A program made the translations under genes and the position numbers. A DNA stretch of 64,000 bases from Chrysomallon squamiferum (lineage: Eukaryota > Animalia > Mollusca): NCBI GenBank assembly GCA_012295275.1, contig CM022665.1, positions 21,638,001 to 21,702,000 on the forward strand, in the 5' to 3' direction. Below, piece after piece: positions 1 through 15,403 of this stretch. The notes beneath the pieces are model-generated. The model saw only the letters and a program-made list of their open reading frames with translations. It was not told the DNA's origin and ran no database searches. How positions within the stretch are numbered: the first letter of the stretch is position 1; every line of letters starts with the position of its first letter.

Positions 1-414
1 CATATCGTTCTGCTTATCTGCTAATTTATCTCGCGAGGTTGTGTTGTGTTACTCAAACACACGGACAGCCAAGATGCAAGCTCGCTCCACCCAAAAAAGG
101 TAAGAGGTTTCCCAACGTCGAGAAACAATATACACCGCGTATGCATAAGGAGCGATAGTAGCCCCCTGGCTGATACCACTGTTACATTGTGCTTGACGTA
201 TGATACTTCACAAGAGACTGCTACAGAGGAATACAACAACTACATACCGACAGCCTCATTACATTTAACGACATGTCAGCAACATGCCCCACTGAGGCAC
301 TGTTGAGTAAAAGATTCTCAATTTGCAGTACACATGTTCTTTATAGCTACGAAATGTTCGTTGCTATGGATATGTTAATTTAGATAGATATACAGGTGGA
401 CAGGGGGTCAGTAA

Positions 415-447
<33 letters not shown>

Positions 448-1061
448 CAGTATAAAACTTATTCCGAAAATAATGAGTGAGAGATTTACTGGAAAAAGGA
501 GATTTGTAAAAACCAATAAACACCAAATTTATATATAAGTGTATGCATACGTATGTTAGTCAAGTACTTTTATACACACATATATATACATATATACGTA
601 CATACTTACATATATATGTATATACATACATACATACGTACATACATACATATATACATACATGCATACATGTGTGTGTATACATACACATACAAACATA
701 TATATGTACATGCATACACATACACACACACCACCACCACATTCACATACATATATAAATACAAAAATATAAAAATGTCAAATTAGCTCTGATGTATTTG
801 CTGTCTCACTTTCTGTGGATATCCTGCGTGTCGTTCACGGCGAAGCTTGCGATTAAGCGCTCTCCATGTGAAGAATACCATCATTTGTTCGATTAACGTT
901 TCATTTCCTGCACTGGTCCTGAGTCGTTTTCTGCACTGGGTTACAAAATCAATATGTCTGGATAGGTGTCTTTAACAGAAAGAAGGAACATAATGGAGAT
1001 AGAATAATACAAATATAGGGAGACATGGAAATACGTAGAAGGGGTAAAAAAAGAAAAAGAG

Positions 1062-1097
<36 letters not shown>

Positions 1098-1249
1098 AAG
1101 AAAAAGAAGGTGAAATAGAGGAACAGAAAAATACAAATGAAATAAAAAGAAACAATAGAAAAGGGAAACTTGGGTCCATAAATTAATAAAATTTGCCCGA
1201 TTAATTTGCATGATCACAGCATCTAAGTGGAATTGACGTAAGATGTAAT

Positions 1250-1735
1250 AGTACAATTTTTATGGGACGTATTACTGCAATAGTACTGTTTTCACATGCT
1301 TTATTGGAATTGTACGGTTTTCATATGCCCATATTATTGGAATAGTATGCTTTTCGTTTAACGTGTTACTTGAATAGTATGATGTGACTGTATTACGTAT
1401 TACTGGAACTGTACGATTTCCAGGTAAGTTATTACTGGAATAGTATGTTTTTCATGTGGAGTATAACTGGAATAGTGCGGATTTTCATGTGACGTCTTAC
1501 TGGGAAAAGTACGATTTTCAGGTGATTTATTACTGGAATAGTACGGTTTTCTTGTGATGTTTTAATGGTACATCGTGTGAGGTTTTATCTGACGTATAAT
1601 ACCACTTTCATGTGACGTATTACGGACATAGTATGGTTTTCATATGACGTATTCATGGAAAAGAACGGTTTTCATGTTGACGTAATAGTGGAAAAATACG
1701 ATTTTCCTCTGACCCATTACTGGAATAGTACAGCG
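1250..1735. repeat. Degenerate minisatellite, unit about 38-40 bp
   Basis: Recurring unit like GACGTATTACTGGAATAGTACGGTTTTCATGT, roughly a dozen diverged copies. Confidence 0.8.
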
Positions 1736-2174
1736 CTTGTTTGTTTAAAAAAAAAAAAAAAAAATTATTATTATTTTTTTTTTATATATTATTATTGTTT
1801 TTCTTAATTACTATAATAAAAGCTATATGTAATGATAAATGTAAATCTGAGGTTTCGTTACAAAACCTAATTGGCAATTAACGTTTGACAAGTAACAACT
1901 CCAGTTTTCTTTACGTTAAGGATATCGTCACTATGAGCTCGTGCAAGTGAAAACATTAATTCTGACATCATTATATCTCGTCCTCTGCTGTTTGCTGTAG
2001 GTCATTTAACGAGAAGAGCCATTAAAAAATAATAATAATAATTTTAAAAATAGAAAAGAGAAGTAATTACTTGGATTATATTTCAATATCGTTGACAAGT
2101 TGTTTAATAAATCTATTTTTAATTATCCGGCTATTAAAAAATGCTATGCTCTATGAAATAATATAAGAACAAAC

Positions 2175-2241
<67 letters not shown>

Positions 2242-3020
2242 CATTGTATTTATAGAGAATACCAGCTGAGAGATTGTTTTACCCTACATATCCAGGCATG
2301 ATACAGGGAAGGAATCATTTTCCAAAAGGAGCTTATTTTGCAATTTGCAATTCATTCATTCATTCATTCAATTTTTTATTTCTAAATTAAAAACATAATA
2401 AAAATAAAATAAAATAAACTGAGACAATTATTACAGCTGTCAGATTTCTTGCATTGGTTATATTGCATAAAAACATAAAAATTTAAAAATGTGTGTGTGT
2501 GTGTGTGTGAGTTTATACAGAATGTCTTTAAATCTCTGACTTCTGGGTCAAACCGTAATTTCAACAGGTATAGTTTCTAGAAGTGTTCACTTCAGTTCTC
2601 CGTCTTTCTTTCTTTAAACTATGACCCAACGGTAGTTGCATCAATAATATTTTCTTTTAATAAGACCCAAGTAAATTCTACTGGCATTATGGAAAATAAA
2701 ACGGAAATAACCCTCTTTATCTTTCTGTTTTTGTTTTTTTTTTTTTTTTTTTTTTTTTACAGTTTTAATGTAATTTATTTAAAATATATGCTAATATACT
2801 GTAAAGATTTTAAATCCGATAAACAGCAGTCATCAAAATAAATGTACATACACACAATAAAATAACTTGTAAAGTAATACTAATAATACTACTACTAATA
2901 ATAATAAATTAAAAAATAAATACACTCATATATTTTTTATTTCGTTAATATATGCAAACAGCAGCTATGACATACAAACTTGTACATCAAACCTGAAACA
3001 ATACTATTAGCATTTCCTTT

Positions 3021-3292
3021 CGCCATTTTTTCTCTGAGTCCGCCATTTTTGTCATCATTTTTTTCACACGTGACTCGTTATCAATTGTGTGAAATGCAGT
3101 TATGTCATTTTTTTTTTTTTTTTTTTTTTTTTGTCGCCTGTGAGCGACCTGTAACATTCGGTAGATATAAACACACTCTGTTTCAGTACACGGTCTTTAT
3201 CATGCGTGCTTGTATCGACGTATTAGAAAATAAACCGATAGTCCGTTATCATTAAATATAGCAGACCTGCTGAAATGCACGACCGCCATTTT
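3021..3292. promoter_or_regulatory. Cluster of three CGCCATTTT (YY1-like) motifs in a locally CpG-richer patch; possible promoter of an unresolved gene
   Basis: CGCCATTTT near 3021, 3041 and 3285. No convincing downstream coding exons could be assembled. Confidence 0.3.
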
Positions 3293-3374
3293 TATCTGTA
3301 ACAAATTCGCAGAGGATTCCCTTCACTGTAGTAGTATATATAACTTTTGAAATGACATAATTATGTTTAATTTT

Positions 3375-3425
<51 letters not shown>

Positions 3426-3798
3426 TTGTGGAAATAATAATAATAATAATAATAATAATAATTTCTGATTTTAAAAATCAAATAATGTCTTTAACGCTGC
3501 ACGAGTGATTTTATAATTTAATATTTCTATGCAGTGACCTCATGAACAAAAAAAAAAAAAAAAAAGAGAACCAGTTTAATCTTCATTTTTATTTTGTTAA
3601 CTTAAACCCAGTAATAAATGAATAATTCTCTCAACCTGTCTCTCCCCTTTTTCTTTTAGACCCGTTAAAAGTTACTTATGCAGATAACGTTCCGATAATC
3701 ATGCGCACAGAGAAATAGAGTAATTAATTTTAAAATGTTTTCATTTCATTTAATAAATTAAAGCACAGTAAAACGTTTCCAATACGATTTTCTAATTT

Positions 3799-3829
<31 letters not shown>

Positions 3830-3834
3830 TTTTA

Positions 3835-3875
<41 letters not shown>

Positions 3876-5929
3876 GTGTGTTTGTAAATGAATAAATGAA
3901 AGTGTGCACATTCAGTTACAAAAAGCAATGCATTTTTGAAGGGGAACTAAGGATAAATTCAACTTACTTTTTTAAATCATATTTTTAATATATACACTGA
4001 GCTACTTTAATATTAATAGTAGACAAAACTAGTTAAAAACTGAAATCTTCACTCAGTTTTAGGGCTGAGAATTCATTCATAACTTTACATACATACATAT
4101 ATACATACATACTTGCATACTTATATACATACATAGATATGTACTTACATATATTTACACACACACACACACACACAATATCTGCTACTCCAGTATTACA
4201 GTGCAAAAGCTAACTTAGTCAAAACTGAAATCTCCACACTCTGTTACAGCTATAAACCTATTTCTGTAAGTCTATGTGTGTCATTTGTTAGGCATCAGAT
4301 AACATTTGTAACTGGAGGAACAAATATTTTAACACAACAAAGATTTAATGTACTGTATTTATAATGTAGTTTTATCTCAGTCAATTACACCAATGTTTAA
4401 AACATAACATGTCATTTGTTAGCCATCAGATTTGTATCTGGAGGACAAAATATTATAAAACCTCACAGATTTATTGTATAATATATTTTTATATCTATTA
4501 TGTACAACTGAATATGTGTTTAATGTGTATTTGTAAGTGTGCATTTATGTATCAGTGTACATGTTTAATTAAGTGTATAAATTATATGTATATTATGTAT
4601 GTGCACTATGTGTGCATGTATGTGTACCAGTATGTGAACAAGTGTGTATGTGTACCAGCATGTGAATAAGTGTGTGTATTTACATGTTTAATTTAAATGT
4701 ATAAATTCTCTGTATTATATATATGTGCATTATGTGTACATATGTATGAGAATCATTTATGTGTTATGTATGTGCATATTTTAATTTTATAAATTGTACA
4801 ACAAAATGAATTTAAAAAAAACAACCACTCAAAATATATCTTCCAAGGACAACAACAACAACAGAAAGTAGAATGGCCATGAAGTTCTGCTTTCAAAATT
4901 AAATGCCTGAATATAAACATTGCCGCAGTCATAACGACTGAAATCTTAGTGATATTAGAATCTCAGTCAGAAATCACAGTGACATACCTACACACATGAA
5001 TAGTGTGTCCTGTTTGACATTGGAGGTTATAAATAAAAGTTTGTTATCAGTGGCTAGATGAGTCACTCAGTGTAGCCTGGGGTTACATCCTCATTGACAG
5101 ATGTGAACAGGTGATATGGTGTACTTCCATTAACACATGTCTTAATAACTGTTATTAATACACACCTGAATAAATTACTTGTACTCTAGGTAAATTTCCT
5201 GCAAGTTACCTTACAAGTTTCAAAATTCTTACATGAATAAGTTATCTTACAAGTTAGATAATTTATTTGTTATATCTACAAAATGGTCATTTAAAATCTA
5301 AAGCTGTAATTAAATATTAAATACTGAAATACTGTTACCTTTAAATATATTTGTATATTCATTTTATTTCATTTATATCTATTTTGTGTGTATATTTGTG
5401 TGTGTGTGCTTGTGCTTACCTAAACTACACCTGAGAATGCATAACAGAGCAAGTCTGACACAGAGAGAGAGACAGACAGAGAGACAGAGAGTGTGTGAGA
5501 GACAGTGAAATATTTAATTGAAAAAGAAAAAAACAACAAAACAGCAATTGTTAATTTTATTCAGTTTTAAATATATATATATATATATATATATTGTGTA
5601 ATATGACAAAACAACAAACATACCAAATATCCATCACCTTTGATTATCAATAAACAAACAAAACAGAAAAATATAAAAAAAATACTGAGAAATACTGGAA
5701 TATCAAAAAATGTAAAATGTTTCACAATAATTTCATTATATATTATACAACTTTTAATATTTATTACAAATGACAAAAAAACAAACAAAACAAATAACAG
5801 CTTTTTATCGATTATAAACAAAAATACCTTCATATGATGAAATCTGTATTTAAACACACAGAATACACATATAACATACAATCCAACAAACACACATGCA
5901 GGAGGCAATATTTCATATATAGATTCATT

Positions 5930-6225
5930 TTTTATTAATTATTTATTCATTCATTATACTAATAAATATTCATTCATCATACTAATATTCATTCATTATA
6001 TTAATAAATATTCATTCATTGTATTAAGACATATTCATCCATTATACTATTAAATATTCATTCTTTATACTATTAAATATTCATTCATAATACTATAAAA
6101 ATTCATTATTTATATTATTAAATATTCACTCATTTCTTATATTATTTATTCATTCATTATTCTATTAAATATTCATTCATTGGTTATTAAATATTCACTG
6201 ATTATACTAATAAATATTAACTGAT
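5930..6225. repeat. Degenerate AT-rich tandem repeat (AATATTCATTCATTATACT-like unit)
   Basis: Repeated aatattcattcattatact variants visible directly. Confidence 0.7.
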
Positions 6226-7076
6226 TCGTTCACCAATTTTTTTCTTTGACAGATAAAATATCTCCTGATAACTGTTCTGTTCTTGCTATCTAATCAAGCT
6301 CACGTGAGTTAACCGGCTTTTTACCTGAACAAAGCTATCTTAACAACCTTATCTCGATACACCTTAATTTTATTTTAATATCAGGGTAAAAGTTGTTGAT
6401 TCAGCTTAAGTCATTAATATTTTACAAAACTGACATTTTTATTTGGTTTGTTTTCATTCTGTATTGATTTATCAGCCAACTGTATATTTCCAGTTCCAAA
6501 TTTAGTTTTAAAAGCCACTCATATATTAATAAAAAATATATTTTTGATTTTATGGCTTAAGAAAATAATGATTAATTCAGAATTTGAAAATCAGTCAGAA
6601 CACTATGTAAATATAATTAAGTGTGTTTGATATAAATTCATTAAAAAAAAAATAAAAATAATAATAATCATAAAAGATCTAACCATAAATGACACTTTCA
6701 GAACACAAAATGATACAAACAATATTAAAACAATATAATTACATATGTGACCATTCATATACTAGTAATAAACAATACTGTTAATATTAAACACACATTG
6801 CCTCTTCATAATACTCCTCTCACTGTTGTGTAGTAGTAGCAGTAGCAGTAGCAGTAGTAGTAGTAGTAGTTGCAGTTGTAATAGTAGTATTAGCTGCAGT
6901 TGTAGTTGTAATAGTAGTGGATGCAGTTGTCATAGATGTAGTAGTAGCAGTAGTTGTTGCAGTTGTAATAGTTTTACTAGTAGCAGTTCCAAGAATTGTA
7001 GTAGTAATGGTAGTTGTAATAATTGTAATATTATAGCAGCAGCTTCAGGAATCAGTCTGACAGGACTTTGCTGAAG

Positions 7077-7148
7077 TCACCAGAGGTGACTTCTCTTGAA
7101 CATGTCTCTCCAACAAGTGTTGTCTGCCTCACTGATAATTTTGTTGAT
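7077..7148 (-). pseudogene. Diverged duplicate of the last-exon coding segment of the 174-aa gene
   Basis: Reads INKIISEADNTCWRDMFKRSHLW* versus INKRINEADSTHWRGMFKRNPLW* in the real exon about 196 bp away. No acceptor site is visible. Confidence 0.8.
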
Positions 7149-7272
7149 TTGTAGTGGTGGTGGTGGTAGTAGTAGTAGTAGTAACAGTAGTTGTAATTGT
7201 TGTAATAGTAGGAGGAGGAGAAGAAGGAGTAGGAGGTATTTCAAGACTCAATCTGATAGGACTTTGCTAAGC

Positions 7273-9477
7273 TCACCAGAGGGGATTTCTCTTGAACATG
7301 CCTCTCCAGTGAGTGCTGTCTGCTTCATTTATTCTCTTGTTGATGAATCCCAGTTTTTTATCCAGATCAGCCATCTCCTGTACAACAGAAATATTTGTTT
7401 ATATATTAGTAACTGACTTTAAAAGTGTCCTAGTTGCATTTGTTCAATATTAATAATTTAGTTCCAAATATGTCCCAGTTAAATTTGTTTTTATATATTA
7501 ATATTTTTTCTCAGAATGCCCCAGTTACATTTGTTGATATATTAATATATTTAATTTTAAAATATCTATCAGCTTCCCTCTTTTTTATATAAATTATATA
7601 TAGATAGATCAATTTCATCCACCTTATCTAAAATAATTTTACAGGTACAGAGAACAAAAAATAATCAAACAATGTTAATCAAAAACAAATCCTATTAAGG
7701 TGGAAGTTTCTGTCTGTGTGTACCTATTATGTGTGTCTGTATGCATGTACATATGTATATGTGTATCTCTATGCATATCTATTTTTATGCAATATTTTTG
7801 TTTTTGTTTATATATGTGTCTGTATGTGTGTATTTATATCAGTGTATATCTGTTTTTATATGTGTGTATATAATAATGTATGTTGTTGATTTGTGTACAT
7901 TTGTATTATCTGAGTAAGCGAATGAATGAAAAATTTATCCGCTAATTCTGTTATAAACTCTTTACAACAGAAATCCAAAATATGTCAGTTCACACTTCAA
8001 TTAAAACTGTCAGATAACTCTCAATACATGTGTCTCAGTTCTCTCAGACAAATCTGTCTCAGTTATCCCAGACAAATCTGTCTGTTATCCCAGACAAGTC
8101 TATCTCAGTTATCCCAGAAAAAGCTGTCTCAGTTATCCCAGAAAAAGCTCTCTCAGTTAGTTCAGAAAAATCTGCATGAGTTAATTTATTCTATAATTAA
8201 ATGCAGAACATTATTTTTCATGGCTATACAAAAAAACTGTAACATGTTTTACTGAATGCTGAACCTCAGCAGTACCTTTCACTTCCACACACATAAAACA
8301 AGTGCTCCAGATTATATGAGTATTAAACTAATGTAAAATACTGAGGCATATTCTCTAACATATTTCTTTATTTTACTTTCAGTGATTCACTGGAACTCTA
8401 CCACTGAAAACACTGAGATACTTCACTTGTGATTTTTACACTGAGCAATCCCTTTACATGTTAACCCTTTACCTCCTAAACACACCTCACAACCATCGTT
8501 AAAAATTGGTTACATTTTTGTTTGAAATTTTGAAATTTAATTCTTAAAACAATTATTAAAGATGTGTTACATTTTTATTGGCAATCTTTCGTCATCTATC
8601 TTATTTCACAATTATGTTATACAATTTTGTCATCTCATTTCATAATGATAATTATATAATTTTGTATCTCTCATATCATAATTATATCATAACATTTTGT
8701 CATCTCATCATCTCTATTTTTAAATAATTATATCATACAATCTGATCATATAAGTTATTTTTTAATTATATCATACATTTTCCCTTATCTTGCTTTTTTT
8801 GTAATTATATCATAAAATGTTGTCACCTGTGTTATTTAATAATTAAGGAAACATCAAAGATATAGGTAATTTTAAGAGAAAGGTAACAAGGAAACTGCTC
8901 TGTTATTTGAAATATACCTGTCAGAGAAAGTGTAGACAGGTAAGTAAAAAAACTGACAAGTGAACTGATTGTTGTATCCTCTTTGATCTTCATACTATTA
9001 TATACCAGGTACAGCATACCTGTATGTAGGTCAGTAAGAGGCATTATTTGGGCACCTGCAGACACATACATACACAGAAAAACAGACACATGTACACCCC
9101 TACAAATACATGCATACACACATAAACACACTGACACAGACACAAACATAGAGACACATGCACACATAAACTCTGATTATTTTTAAAAACAAATAAAATA
9201 ATTACATTAATATCAATAACAATGGCAACATAGCACTAGTATTACTACTGTAATAATAATAATAATATTTTTGTTTTCACTTACAGCATTAATTTTTTCA
9301 ATTCTTTTATGATGAAGTTCAGGAGCAGCTGCTTCTAGTTTCTCCAACTGTTTCAAAATAATTTAAATATTTTATTAAATAACAACAATAACAACAACAA
9401 CAACAACAACAATAATGATAGTAGTAATAATAGTAGCAGTAGTAGTAGTAATAGTAGTAGTGGTTACAATAATAACA

Positions 9478-9511
<34 letters not shown>

Positions 9512-11188
9512 TAACAAAAATGATGATAATAATAAAAAGAAAAAAAAGAACAACAACAACAACATCAATAATAACTATAATTATGAGTACAGTAATAATT
9601 GAATAACATTAAGAATCTTACTTTTCCATGGATTAATTAACAGAAGTAACTTTAAGCAGTAAATGATCAAATAATTATGAAAGAGTTAATTTTGAAGAAA
9701 AAAAGTAGTAAGTAAACTGTATAAAATATAAATAAATAAATAAATAAACAAACAAATGAATGAATGAATGAACAAAAAAATATTTCTATAAATGTTTTTG
9801 TGCCAACAGTAACAAATATTTCACATGTATGATTATACACAATTAAATAAATAAATAAAACAATTTATAAACAAGTAACACAGACAGACAGACAGACAGA
9901 CAGACATACCCTGAATGTAATTTCTTTTATCTGTTTTCTAATGGCTTCGTCATAAGGGGCCTTGTATGGGCTCCATTCAAGAGGATGTGCTTTAAAACAA
10001 GAAACAAAGCAAAAATATAGAAATTGAAAAAAAATATATTTGACTTTTTCTTTTCATTTCATCCATTTATCTATTTAAAAAAATTCTGTACTTATGACCT
10101 TCTGTTACTTGAAATACAAAGAGGTAACTGAATCTGAAAAAGTACTTTTTTTTTTCCACTTGTCTTATGTCATTCTGTTGAAGCAAAAAGATACCCAACA
10201 CACAAAAAAAAAAAAAAAAAAAAAAGAAGAAAATGGAAAAAATAAAATAAACAGCAAATGCTGCAGGTTAAAGATTTTTTTTTTTTTTTTTTTTTTTTTG
10301 TAAAGAATTTTTAACAGTATGCAGAAGCAATACTTACAATGTTGATAAATTCGGACAATTTCTAATGTATATGGTCTACAAAATAAATAAATCAATAAAC
10401 CAACAAACAAAAATATTTTGAAACATTATACATTTTTTATATGTTTTTCATTTTACAAGTAATATATTTAAAATAATTTTACTGTTTAATAAAAAAACAG
10501 TTGCTTATGTTCTTATTATTTATCAAATAATAACTACTACTACTACTACTACTACTAATAATAATAATAATAAGTACAAAATATTCAGTCTAATAAAATA
10601 AATATTTTAATTAATGATATAAAAATTACTCACTCATATTTCTCATTACTAATCAGTTTCCCATTAACTGGAACAAGAAATCCTTTGCTATTACGTAACT
10701 GAAAATAATAATAATAATAACAATAACATTAGTAATAACAATAACAACACAATAATAATAATAATAATAATAACAATGATAATAATAATCATAATAATAA
10801 TCATAACAAAAATATCAGTAATAATAATAATAATAACCACAATAACAAAAATATTAATAACATTAACAAAACAAAATAATTAAAACAAGATATTATGAAG
10901 TTTCACCTGATTTAGTGATGTTTTGAAATACATGAGAATGAGTCAGTTTAAAAATAACTGTAATTAACTTTGAAAATTTGCATTGAGACACATTATTAAA
11001 TAAAATAGTCAGTATTTAATAAATGAATTAATAAATAAATACGAACTGAACTGAGCTGACCTTTATTACAGTGAGGTTGTGAAATTAATTAGTGATTAAA
11101 CTACAAAATATAACAAGTTTTCTAAGACCATCAGCTTTTTTAACAGTTGAATAATTTATAAAACTTACAAATATGTGGTTACACACAT

Positions 11189-11231
<43 letters not shown>

Positions 11232-11854
11232 TATACTTGTTGGGTTAAGGATTAACAATAATGATACATGAAATGACAAGAAGTATATGGTAAAATGTAC
11301 TTCACTTTAACTGAGTGAGTTTTTTCTTTGTGTGTGTATGAGGATTTTTTCTGTTTTGTTGGTTGTTTTTATTTTATTACTATTATATAGATATATATAT
11401 TTTTAATTTTTTTCCAGATAAAGAAATAATTAACACAAAGTACCATCACTGACTTATGTTTTTAAATTTTATTTAAAAATTATTTATTTATTTATTATTA
11501 TTATTATTTGTAAGAAAAATAATATTAAATAATATCCACAAACTGAGCACAATTTAAGTATATAATAATACTGCTTACAGTACAGGCTGAAAACACAGAT
11601 ACAAGACCTTGACAACAGAGTCATGTTACATAACATGAGTGTTGGATTATTTCCAATACAGTGGCTTTGTTCCACCACACTGTATACATGTTATGTGTGT
11701 GTGTGTGTGTGTGTGTGTATGAATGTATGTATGTATGTATATATGTATATACATACATACATACGTACATACAGATATATAATATTATGTGTATGTGTGT
11801 GTGTATATGTATTTATGTGTTTTTTATCTACATAAAAACACACACACACATCTA

Positions 11855-11892
<38 letters not shown>

Positions 11893-14148
11893 TACCAGCA
11901 CAGTTAAGCTATTTCCAAGTGATATGGTATACCATGAAATAAAAATGTGGTTTGTGTGTACACTTTACAAACTTGATCATTACAGAACAATCCTCTCAAA
12001 CATGCATATAAACCTGCCTAGGCATTTACAAATGACTTACATATATACTGTGATTGTGTGCATGTGTATGTGAATGTCTGCATGTGTGTATGCATATGTA
12101 TGTGTTTGTGCATGTGCATATATCTCTGTATACATTATGCATGTGTCTCTTTGTATGTATGTATATGGGTGACTGTTTATGTATCTGTATGTATGTATGT
12201 ATTTTTATATACAGGCATTATGTGCTTGAGTATGTGTGTCTGTATGCATGGATGTGTATTTTGTGTGTATATATAATTATATTTGTTTCATTGCATCTGT
12301 GAGTCTGTGTAAATATACACTTTACACATCAAGACTGATTTTTTTCTTTTTTTGTGGTTGGGTATATATTTATTTGCATAAAATCATTAACCATGACATT
12401 TTAACTCTGTTGTCAAGGCAACAGAATTCCTCCACTCATGTGAATTTGGCTATGTGCAAACAACTTGAATCTTCACTTTGAAATAAAATAATTGATTTAA
12501 ACAAAAAAAGATAGAAATTTCATTGACATCTGTTACATGTATGTAAAGATATAGTTAAACCTTTCAGCTTGTTCATTGTTTATAAGTGACAAGAGTAGAC
12601 AAACACACACACACACACACACACTGCAATGTTACTATAAACACATTTAAAATAACCAGATACTTATTATCATCATCTTCATTTTATTGTTTTGTTGCTG
12701 CTGCTATTGTTATTATTATAATTATCATTATCTGTTATTATTATAATTATCATTATTTATTTATTATTTTATTATATTATTACATATTATTATTTATTTA
12801 TTTATTTTATTATAATAATACATTATTAGTAGCTCTTGCTGCTGTTGTTTGCTATTACTAGTACCCCTACTATCATTATTGTTATTATTTATAACCGCCT
12901 TTCTTATTTAAAAACATCCCTATTTTATTATAAACAATGTACTCTTAAAATAAGCATTAAGAATTTTTTAAAAAAAAAAAAATAAAAAACATATGTCAAA
13001 AAAAAAAAAACATGTATGACATGAAACAGAAACAATAATATTGCAAAGCACTAAATAGCATTACATTATACTACACTACATTATATTATACAATACTATA
13101 CTGTACTGTACCATACCATACTGTACTGTACTGTACTATATTGTACTACACTAAGCAATATTATACTATACTATACTATGCTATACTATACTATACTATA
13201 CTATGCTATGCTATACTGTACTACACTATACTACACTGTACTACACTACACTACATTATACTACACTACACTACATTATACTACATTACACTATACTATA
13301 CTACACTAATACACTATATTACATTATACTATACTATACTACACTACACTATACCAAACTATACTACATTAGACTATACTAACCTACATTACACTACATT
13401 ATACAATAGTATGCTACACAACACATTATACTATATAGTACACTACACTACACTATATTACACTATACTACATTATACTATACTATATTGTACTATTCTA
13501 CATTACACTATACTATATTATGCTGTACTATACTATGCTATACTACACTGCACTATTCTATACTATGCTATGCTACACTAATATACTATATTACATTACA
13601 CTATACTACACTACACTACACTATATTATACTGTACTACACAACACTATACTATACTATACTGTATATTACACTACACTACAGTATATTACCAAACTACA
13701 CTAAATTATTTTATATTACATTATATAAAAAGTAAATAATAATAAATGTATAATTAAAAATATTATTCATGTATTGACAGTTGCTTTTCAATAACTGTTT
13801 TTATCTCATATTCCTAACTATGATCACTTAAATAAATTCTATGAACAGGCTTAAACTACATCCTTAAAATAACCCTGAAACACACTATCCTTAATAAATA
13901 AATAAATAAACAAGCACAGCTGTCTGTCAATGAATGAACATGACTAATGTCCATTATACCCCTTCCCCAGCCTTTCAGTTGCACCACCCTGTCAGATTTC
14001 CAAGCTCAATGTTGACAGACACAACCTGTACAATGTTATTCATAAATTCTATATATTAAAAAATCAATGATAAAATTTTTCCACTCCAAAGTGAGTCATG
14101 CTTGACCTATGACCTCAATGTGTCAGCAACACAAGGTTAAGCTCTATC

Positions 14149-14187
<39 letters not shown>

Positions 14188-15370
14188 GCCAAGTTACACG
14201 TACTTATTAGTTAATTTTATTACTTTGAAATATTTATTTATAAATGCTGATATCTATTTGTAATTTTACATAGGTGTTCTATTGGTCTCTCCATAAACAC
14301 TGAAATAATTTATTCATTTTATCCACTGTTGTTATTTCCTCTATTTTTAATTTCTTTCTTTTCTTTATTTTACTTTTTCTTTCTTTCTTTCTTTCTTTTT
14401 TCTTCTTCTTTTTTTGCCATACAAATAGTTACAAATCTATGATACAACCATTTTGTCTTCTGCCTTTTCTGTCTGTCCATCTGCCCCTCTATCTACCTGT
14501 CTATCTATTTATCTAAGATCCTGGTTTTTCAATAGAATCCACCTTGGTACACTTTTGGGTTTTTTCCCAATCTAATCAGGATTCCATGATCTAAGTCTCT
14601 TTTTCTCTTATTATTATCATTATTATTTTTGTTTTTATTTAGACTGTGACATGAGAAATATTTGTTACCATTCGTCTATTGGCACAAAAATATAGAAGAC
14701 CTTTTCAGAAATATTTATTTATTCATTTATTTGTTTACTGGTTTATTTATTTGGTTAGTTAGTTAGTTAATTACTTAATTATTTATTTACTGATTTTTTT
14801 ATGGACTGATGAGTGATTTATTTACTGATTTATTCATTTTAAATATGCTGTATTTATGATATTAAACAAAACAGGAACTTATTTATAATATATTTTTCTT
14901 TGCACCATATTAACAACAAAACTCGTCTCGAGTAAGAAATAAAAGAATCTTTGATACTAGAAGCGTGGAAAAATCTGCTGAGTTAATTTGATTGTACTAG
15001 AACAAATAGACTTCAGCCGTGATAATCTGCTCAGCATGGATTAACAAGAAAGAAAGCTCAGTAATGAAATAATCTTGATAATCTGAACAGTCATGCACCA
15101 GTATACACAATTCAAACCAAGGTTGTGCTTTGTTTTCCAGTCTGATTTGAACGTTCAACCAATAACTTATTCTATTTTAATATTATAATAATATTATTCT
15201 ATTATTCTATTTTAGCTTGCATAGTTAATGTAGTTACTTTTGAGCATTGTTATTGACAAGTTTCTTGATACATCCTTTACTGTAAATAATTTGTGTATGC
15301 ATGAACACAAATGTTTTCTTACAAATGGTCTAAATAAGCTAGGGAGGAGGTTATTTCGTACAGGTGTGTT

Positions 15371-15403
<33 letters not shown>

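Noticed and set aside
1-330. GC-richer stretch with short ORFs and two p53-like half sites (ACATGTC...ACATGCCC near 270-290)
   Set aside because: Truncated by the window edge with no recognisable domain or termini; cannot be classified.
2992-3047. Possible minus-strand first exon (MADSEKKWRKEMLIVLFQ followed by GT)
   Set aside because: No compatible downstream exon could be found within the window.
13141-13739. Tyr/Thr/His-rich ORFs
   Set aside because: Translations of a pentamer satellite.
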